Assembly (NCBI GenBank): GCA_018221175.1
Contig: JAAOYE010000018.1
Span: 1-38,021, forward strand
Reading direction: 5' to 3'
DNA: 38,021 nt
Source of the DNA: Candidatus Woesearchaeota archaeon
GTDB lineage: Archaea; Nanobdellota; Nanobdellia; Woesearchaeales; BM511
The notes beneath the pieces were generated by a model. It made no database searches and was not told the origin of the DNA. It saw only the letters and a list, made by a program, of their open reading frames with translations. Of the stretch, positions 33,568-38,021 are shown in pieces (the stretch's first letter is position 1; every line of letters begins with the position of its first letter). The translations under genes and the position numbers were made by a program.

Positions 33568-34980
33568 ATGGCAAACAAAATCGAAAACCAACTGATTGTA
33601 ATCTTTGGCTCCACAGGAGACCTTACAAAGAAAAAATTAATACCTGCACTTTACAAATTGTTTCTAAAAGACAAGCTAAATAAGAACGCACCAATAGTTT
33701 GTACAGGCAGAAAAAACCTGACAAAAGAACAGTATATTAAATTATTAAGCTTTAAACCAGCAGATAATAAAAGCCTAGGTGATTTCTTCAGACTAGTTGA
33801 GTATTATAAGATAAATATTGAAGAAAACGACTTTTGCGACTTAGAAAATTATCTGGATAAAATAGATAAAAAATACAGGTGCAAAGGTAACAAAGTGTTT
33901 TACTTCTCAACACCATCCTCTCTTTTTGAGCCAATAACTAAATGGATAAAGAAATGCGGCATATTAAAATCTGGAGGATTTAAAAGAGTTGTATATGAAA
34001 AGCCGTTTGGCTATGACTTAAAATCAGCACAAAAATTAAACAAAATTGTGAGAAGAATATTCAAAGAAAAAGAAATCTTTAGAATCGATCACTACCTTGG
34101 AAAAGAGCTTGTACAAAACATTATAACACTGCGTTTTGCTAACAGTCTTTTTGAAAGAATATGGAACAAGAGGTTTATCGATTATGTACAGATAATTATA
34201 TCTGAAAAAGAAGGAGTCGGGTCTCGCGGAGGATACTATGATAAAGCAGGGGCAACGCGCGACATGGTACAAAACCACCTTTTGCAGGTCCTAAGCTTTG
34301 TTGCGATGAACCATCCAAAATCGTTATCTGCAAAAGAACTAAGCAAAGAAAAAGTTAAAGTAATAAAATCTTTGAAAAGGATTAAACCCACAGAGGTAGT
34401 GATAGGTCAATACAAAGGATATAGAAAAGAAAAGAATGTTGATAAAAATTCTAAAACAGAGACATTTGTTGCTCTAAAAACAGGTTTGTCTAATGCAAAC
34501 TGGAGTGGGGTTCCTTTTTACTTAATGACAGGAAAATCGCTATCAAGCTCATACGCAGAAGTAAATATTGTCCTAAAAGACACAATGTGTCATCTCTTTC
34601 CAAAAAAAGAGGATAATGTGATAAGCGTTCGGATTCAACCAGATGAAGGTATTGCTATGCAGTTTAATGCAAAGCAGCCAAACACAGACAATATTGCCAC
34701 AGTATTGATGGAGTTTTGTCATGCATGTGAGTTTGGAATGGCAACTCCTGAAGCGTATGAAAAGCTTTTAAATGAGATAATGGTTGGCGATCAAACACTA
34801 TTTACATCATGGCCAGAAGTAAAAGCAGCGTGGAAATTCACAGATCCTTTGATTGAAACTATCAAGGATAAAAAGCTTGTTTTCTATAACAAAGGCGAAG
34901 CTTGCCCGAAGGCTGCAAAAGATTTAATTCAAAAAGATGGCCGGCAGTGGCTTCATGTTGAAAGGAAGATAAAACATTGA
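33568..34980 (+). CDS. zwf: glucose-6-phosphate 1-dehydrogenase (canonical Zwf family)
   Basis: IFGSTGDLTKKKLIPALYKL dinucleotide motif, the active-site signature RIDHYLGKE, and YEKPFG. 470 aa. Confidence 0.92.
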   Translation: MANKIENQLIVIFGSTGDLTKKKLIPALYKLFLKDKLNKNAPIVCTGRKNLTKEQYIKLLSFKPADNKSLGDFFRLVEYYKINIEENDFCDLENYLDKIDKKYRCKGNKVFYFSTPSSLFEPITKWIKKCGILKSGGFKRVVYEKPFGYDLKSAQKLNKIVRRIFKEKEIFRIDHYLGKELVQNIITLRFANSLFERIWNKRFIDYVQIIISEKEGVGSRGGYYDKAGATRDMVQNHLLQVLSFVAMNHPKSLSAKELSKEKVKVIKSLKRIKPTEVVIGQYKGYRKEKNVDKNSKTETFVALKTGLSNANWSGVPFYLMTGKSLSSSYAEVNIVLKDTMCHLFPKKEDNVISVRIQPDEGIAMQFNAKQPNTDNIATVLMEFCHACEFGMATPEAYEKLLNEIMVGDQTLFTSWPEVKAAWKFTDPLIETIKDKKLVFYNKGEACPKAAKDLIQKDGRQWLHVERKIKH

Positions 34981-34982
34981 TT

Positions 34983-36203
34983 CTACTCATACCTCAGCGC
35001 ATCCACAGCGTTTAGTCTTGCAGCCTGGATAGCAATAATAACTCCGGATAGTGTGCCTATGACTGTGGCAAATAATATTAATCCAATGAATAAAAAAGGT
35101 GTAAACTCAGGAGCTAAAAATCCCCATCCAATCTGGTCAAGTACTGTGCCAAGTGATGAACTTACCATATATCCAAATAAAACACCGATTACTCCTGCTA
35201 CAAATCCAAGCACAGCTGACTCAAACAAGAAGATGTTTCTAATAGTGGCCCTTGTAGCACCAATGGCCTTCATAACACCGATTTCTTTTGTTCTTTCAAG
35301 AACACTTGTTACCATAGTATTTGCAGTGTTTACTGCACTCACAACTACTGAGATAAGTGCTATTAGGATAATAAAACCTACAACAACATTAAGTACTATC
35401 GAAAATTGCTCAATTGCCTCTTCGAATGTCTGAACAAAGAAATCTTCTTTACCTTCGTCAAGTCCTCTTGAGTTTCTAAGATTTTTCTCAACACTTTCAA
35501 CGACTTTGTTTAAGTTTTCAGGGTTGCTCACAGTTCCAAATATGGCGCCATAACTTATATCTTCACCATCAAATAATCTTTCTAGCTCTTCCTCAGTAAA
35601 ATAGACATTGGAATCGTCACCAGGGTTTCCAATAGGTTCATAAAACCCTATAACTTCATATTTTTTGTCATTAATAGTTATTTTTTCTCCAAGTTCAATA
35701 GGGTCATCAAATATCCTTAATGGTTGCTGATAATTAAAACCCATCGTGACTTTTCCCATGTCTCCTTTTTTTAATTCTCTCCCTTTTAGGATATTAATGC
35801 CAAAGCTTTGAAAAAGCACTTCGTTGTTTCTATCGCTAGGTACATATCCTCCGCCAAAAACAAACTTGAAATCAGAATCTTTTTCTACTTGAACTATTTT
35901 AACCTTATATCCAATAGCGTCTCTAACACCTTTTGTCTTTGCAACCACTTCTCTGTCTTTATCTCCTATACTAAAGGCGTCATCAAGTCCGGGTGCTGCC
36001 TGGCTTCTTCCCTGCACTATGAATTTGTCAACACCGGCTTCTGATGCAAGTTCATTTACATATGTAGTTAATCCAAGGCCAAAGCTTATGAAGATGAAAA
36101 TGGTGGCAATTCCAATGAAGATAGAGAGGATTGTGAGTGTGCTTCTGCTTTTTCTTTTCCAAAGGTTTCTTAGCGAATATTTCATGCTTTCTACATCTAT
36201 CAT
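34983..36203 (-). CDS. ABC transporter permease, FtsX/MacB type
   Basis: 406 aa. TM1 (LTILSIFIGIATIFIFISFGL), a ~230-aa extracytoplasmic domain and three C-terminal TMs with the FtsX signature (TKEIGVMKAIGATRATI...RLNAVDALRYE). Confidence 0.85.
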   Translation of the reverse strand: MIDVESMKYSLRNLWKRKSRSTLTILSIFIGIATIFIFISFGLGLTTYVNELASEAGVDKFIVQGRSQAAPGLDDAFSIGDKDREVVAKTKGVRDAIGYKVKIVQVEKDSDFKFVFGGGYVPSDRNNEVLFQSFGINILKGRELKKGDMGKVTMGFNYQQPLRIFDDPIELGEKITINDKKYEVIGFYEPIGNPGDDSNVYFTEEELERLFDGEDISYGAIFGTVSNPENLNKVVESVEKNLRNSRGLDEGKEDFFVQTFEEAIEQFSIVLNVVVGFIILIALISVVVSAVNTANTMVTSVLERTKEIGVMKAIGATRATIRNIFLFESAVLGFVAGVIGVLFGYMVSSSLGTVLDQIGWGFLAPEFTPFLFIGLILFATVIGTLSGVIIAIQAARLNAVDALRYE

Positions 36204-36204
36204 T

Positions 36205-37419
36205 TTAACCTCGCAATGCGTCTACAGGATTTTGTTTTGCAGCCCTCATTGCAGGTATTATTCCTGCTACGCTGCCTATCACAAAGCTGCCAAGAAGAGC
36301 TGAAGAGATGAGCATAAAACTTATTTGGGGCTGGGCAGTTGAGCCAAAAAAGTCAGTTATGCCTTTTGTGCCAAAATATGAGATTATTGTTCCAACAATT
36401 GTTCCTATCGCACCGCCAACAAGTCCAAGAAGGCCAGACTCAATAAAAAATAATTTGAAGATGTCGCTGTTTTTAGCGCCAACCGCCTTCATAGTTCCTA
36501 TTTGCGGGCGCCTTTCAAGTACTGCTGTAAGCATGGTGTTTACTATTCCAAGTCCGCCAACAAGAATTGAGATTGCAGCGATGATAACAATAAACAATTG
36601 AACGCCAGTAAGAACTGAGTTAATAGTTGCAAGAGCAGATTGGGGTGTATCTACACTAAAGTCTTCTTCACCTTCTTTCACATCTCTTCTTTTTCTCATA
36701 AGTCTTTCTATCTGCTCTTGTGCCTCATCCATAAAGCCTTTGTCTTTGATTTTAACGCCAATCAAATCGACTTCATCACCAACACCAAAAAGGTCTTTTA
36801 ATGGCTCCTCGTTCATGTGGACAATATTGTCAAATATGAAGCTTCCTTTCTTTGCAGTTATTCCTACTACTTCAAACTTTACATCATTTATTAGAACATT
36901 ATCGCCTGCGTGAACTGGTTTTCCAAGGCCAACGTTGTTTGCCAAAAAGTTGTATCCTAAGACAACTTTTTTTGAGTCTCCATCTTTTAAGAGTCGTCCT
37001 TCCAACGGTTCAACTTCTAATATTTGATATGCAAATTTTCTTTGCTCACCTTCAGGTATGCTCATAGACATGCCAAATACGACTCTATCATCGAATTCCA
37101 ACTTTCCAGATTCAAGAATTCTTGGTATTGCAAAATCTACTGTTGAAAGTTCTTGTATGGCATCAACGTCATCTTGTGTTAAAGAGATTGTCACAGCAGT
37201 TCCAGGAGGGCCGGCAGCAGTTATTCCTCCTGCCTGCACTGCTATTACTTCTGTAGATGAAATGCCAAATTGAGATGTGATGGCAAGTTTAAGGCCGTCG
37301 CCAAGACCAATTAATGATACTACTGCCGCTATTCCAATGAAGATGCCTATTAACGTAAGCCAAGATCTTAGCCTTTTTTCTTTTAGATTTATTAAGGCTA
37401 GTCTGAAATGCTCAATCAT
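36205..37419 (-). CDS. ABC transporter permease, FtsX/MacB type (paralogue)
   Basis: 404 aa with the same architecture (RPQIGTMKAVGAKNSDI...KQNPVDALRG). It is separated from the downstream permease by 1 nt. Confidence 0.85.
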   Translation of the reverse strand: MIEHFRLALINLKEKRLRSWLTLIGIFIGIAAVVSLIGLGDGLKLAITSQFGISSTEVIAVQAGGITAAGPPGTAVTISLTQDDVDAIQELSTVDFAIPRILESGKLEFDDRVVFGMSMSIPEGEQRKFAYQILEVEPLEGRLLKDGDSKKVVLGYNFLANNVGLGKPVHAGDNVLINDVKFEVVGITAKKGSFIFDNIVHMNEEPLKDLFGVGDEVDLIGVKIKDKGFMDEAQEQIERLMRKRRDVKEGEEDFSVDTPQSALATINSVLTGVQLFIVIIAAISILVGGLGIVNTMLTAVLERRPQIGTMKAVGAKNSDIFKLFFIESGLLGLVGGAIGTIVGTIISYFGTKGITDFFGSTAQPQISFMLISSALLGSFVIGSVAGIIPAMRAAKQNPVDALRG

Positions 37420-37451
37420 CTTGCACCTTTAAAGGAAATAAGAAGAAGAGG

Positions 37452-38021
37452 TTATCTTCTCTTCTTTTTCTTCCTCTTATAAAACCAGTATCCTACTACG
37501 GCAACAATTGCCAGGAAGAATATTAATTTCCAATAGCCTCCGCTTTTTCCGTTGCTTGAGTGTAGTTCTAGTGTCAGAGTTTTGTCCACACTGTACTCTT
37601 TATTTAATGAGTCCATATACTCAAGAGTTATAGGGATATCTACAGTGTCTTTTTTGGCCAAGATTTGAAAGTCTGCGGTTTCATAGTCATCGCTGTCAAT
37701 GTTTCCAATATATGTTGCACCATATGATGTTAAAAGCTTGTATGTGTCTGATTCTTTTAGCACCAAGTTTACAAATTTTAACTCTCCAAACCCTTTATTA
37801 ACTATCCTGATGTCAATATCGCCTTTTTTAATTTCTTTTGTCAAAGTCGAGCTTTCAATTAAAACGTCAAGTGCAACTTTTGGGTTTACAATTATTGTTA
37901 TTTCTTCTGACTTCGTATATTTTTGTCCTGTCCCATCAAAAAATTCAAGTGTTAATGGCAGTTTGTAAATCCCTGGAGATACAGAAGGAAATGCAATTAT
38001 ACTGTACTCAAATATCTGGCT
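37452..38021 (-). CDS. cell-surface protein, C-terminal part (COG1361/CARDB-like beta-domain, TM anchor, basic tail); 5' end outside window
   Basis: My own translation shows the minus-strand frame stays open from 38021 down through the track TTG at 37844 (SQIFEYSIIAFPSVSPGIYKLPLTLEFFDG...). It ends in YWKLIFFLAIVAVVGYWFYKRKKKKRR. The pattern VNKGFGELKFVNLVL...YIGNIDSDDYETADFQI...IPITLEYMD fits archaeal COG1361 repeats. Confidence 0.5.
   Translation of the reverse strand, partial: SQIFEYSIIAFPSVSPGIYKLPLTLEFFDGTGQKYTKSEEITIIVNPKVALDVLIESSTLTKEIKKGDIDIRIVNKGFGELKFVNLVLKESDTYKLLTSYGATYIGNIDSDDYETADFQILAKKDTVDIPITLEYMDSLNKEYSVDKTLTLELHSSNGKSGGYWKLIFFLAIVAVVGYWFYKRKKKKRR

Noticed and set aside
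1-38021. CRISPR arrays, transposases/IS elements, integrases, inteins and stop-codon recoding.
   Set aside because: I saw no spaced direct repeats and no DDE or tyrosine-recombinase-like ORFs. There are no in-frame stops in conserved genes other than the A13 frameshift, and no Cys/Ser...HN intein blocks interrupting conserved proteins. All conserved genes translate full-length with the standard code.

Overview
This is an AT-rich, extremely gene-dense window with many 4-11 nt gene overlaps and no rRNA, tRNA, CRISPR or transposase genes that I can see. The informational genes are archaeal: SRP54, the conserved L44e-S27e-aIF2alpha-Nop10-PAC2 string, a Gins51-like GINS subunit, archaeal/eukaryal-type ProRS and a Methanococcales-type S-layer protein. 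The lysine-rich proteins and tight packing suggest a small-genome, DPANN-like archaeon, but that is inference only. Central carbon metabolism makes up much of the rest. There is a divergent pgi / eno-gpmI pair and a long plus-strand gene string from 25528 to 34980. That string starts with an exported thiol-redox module (TlpA-like lipoprotein, CcdA, DUF3179 lipoprotein, frameshifted DUF427). It then runs without a break into a complete oxidative plus non-oxidative pentose phosphate set (gnd, rpe, fused tkt, tal, pgl, zwf). The left third (1032-9220) is the most accessory-looking part: two tandem paralogous GT-A glycosyltransferases, a DHH/DHHA1 phosphoesterase, a THUMP-less ThiI PP-loop protein, an acidic coiled-coil protein, a catalytic-domain-only GH15 enzyme overlapping an MpgP-type phosphatase, and a patatin-like lipase. 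Other notable items are a DUF427 gene broken at an A13 homopolymer, a Hel308-like helicase cut off after its first RecA domain, and a lipoprotein made of three 6-Cys repeats beside the S-layer gene. First genes of transcription units carry a TATA box 22-25 nt from the start codon (leaderless), whereas internal genes carry GGAGG-type SD sites. All function calls come from motif recognition by eye; no database search was possible.
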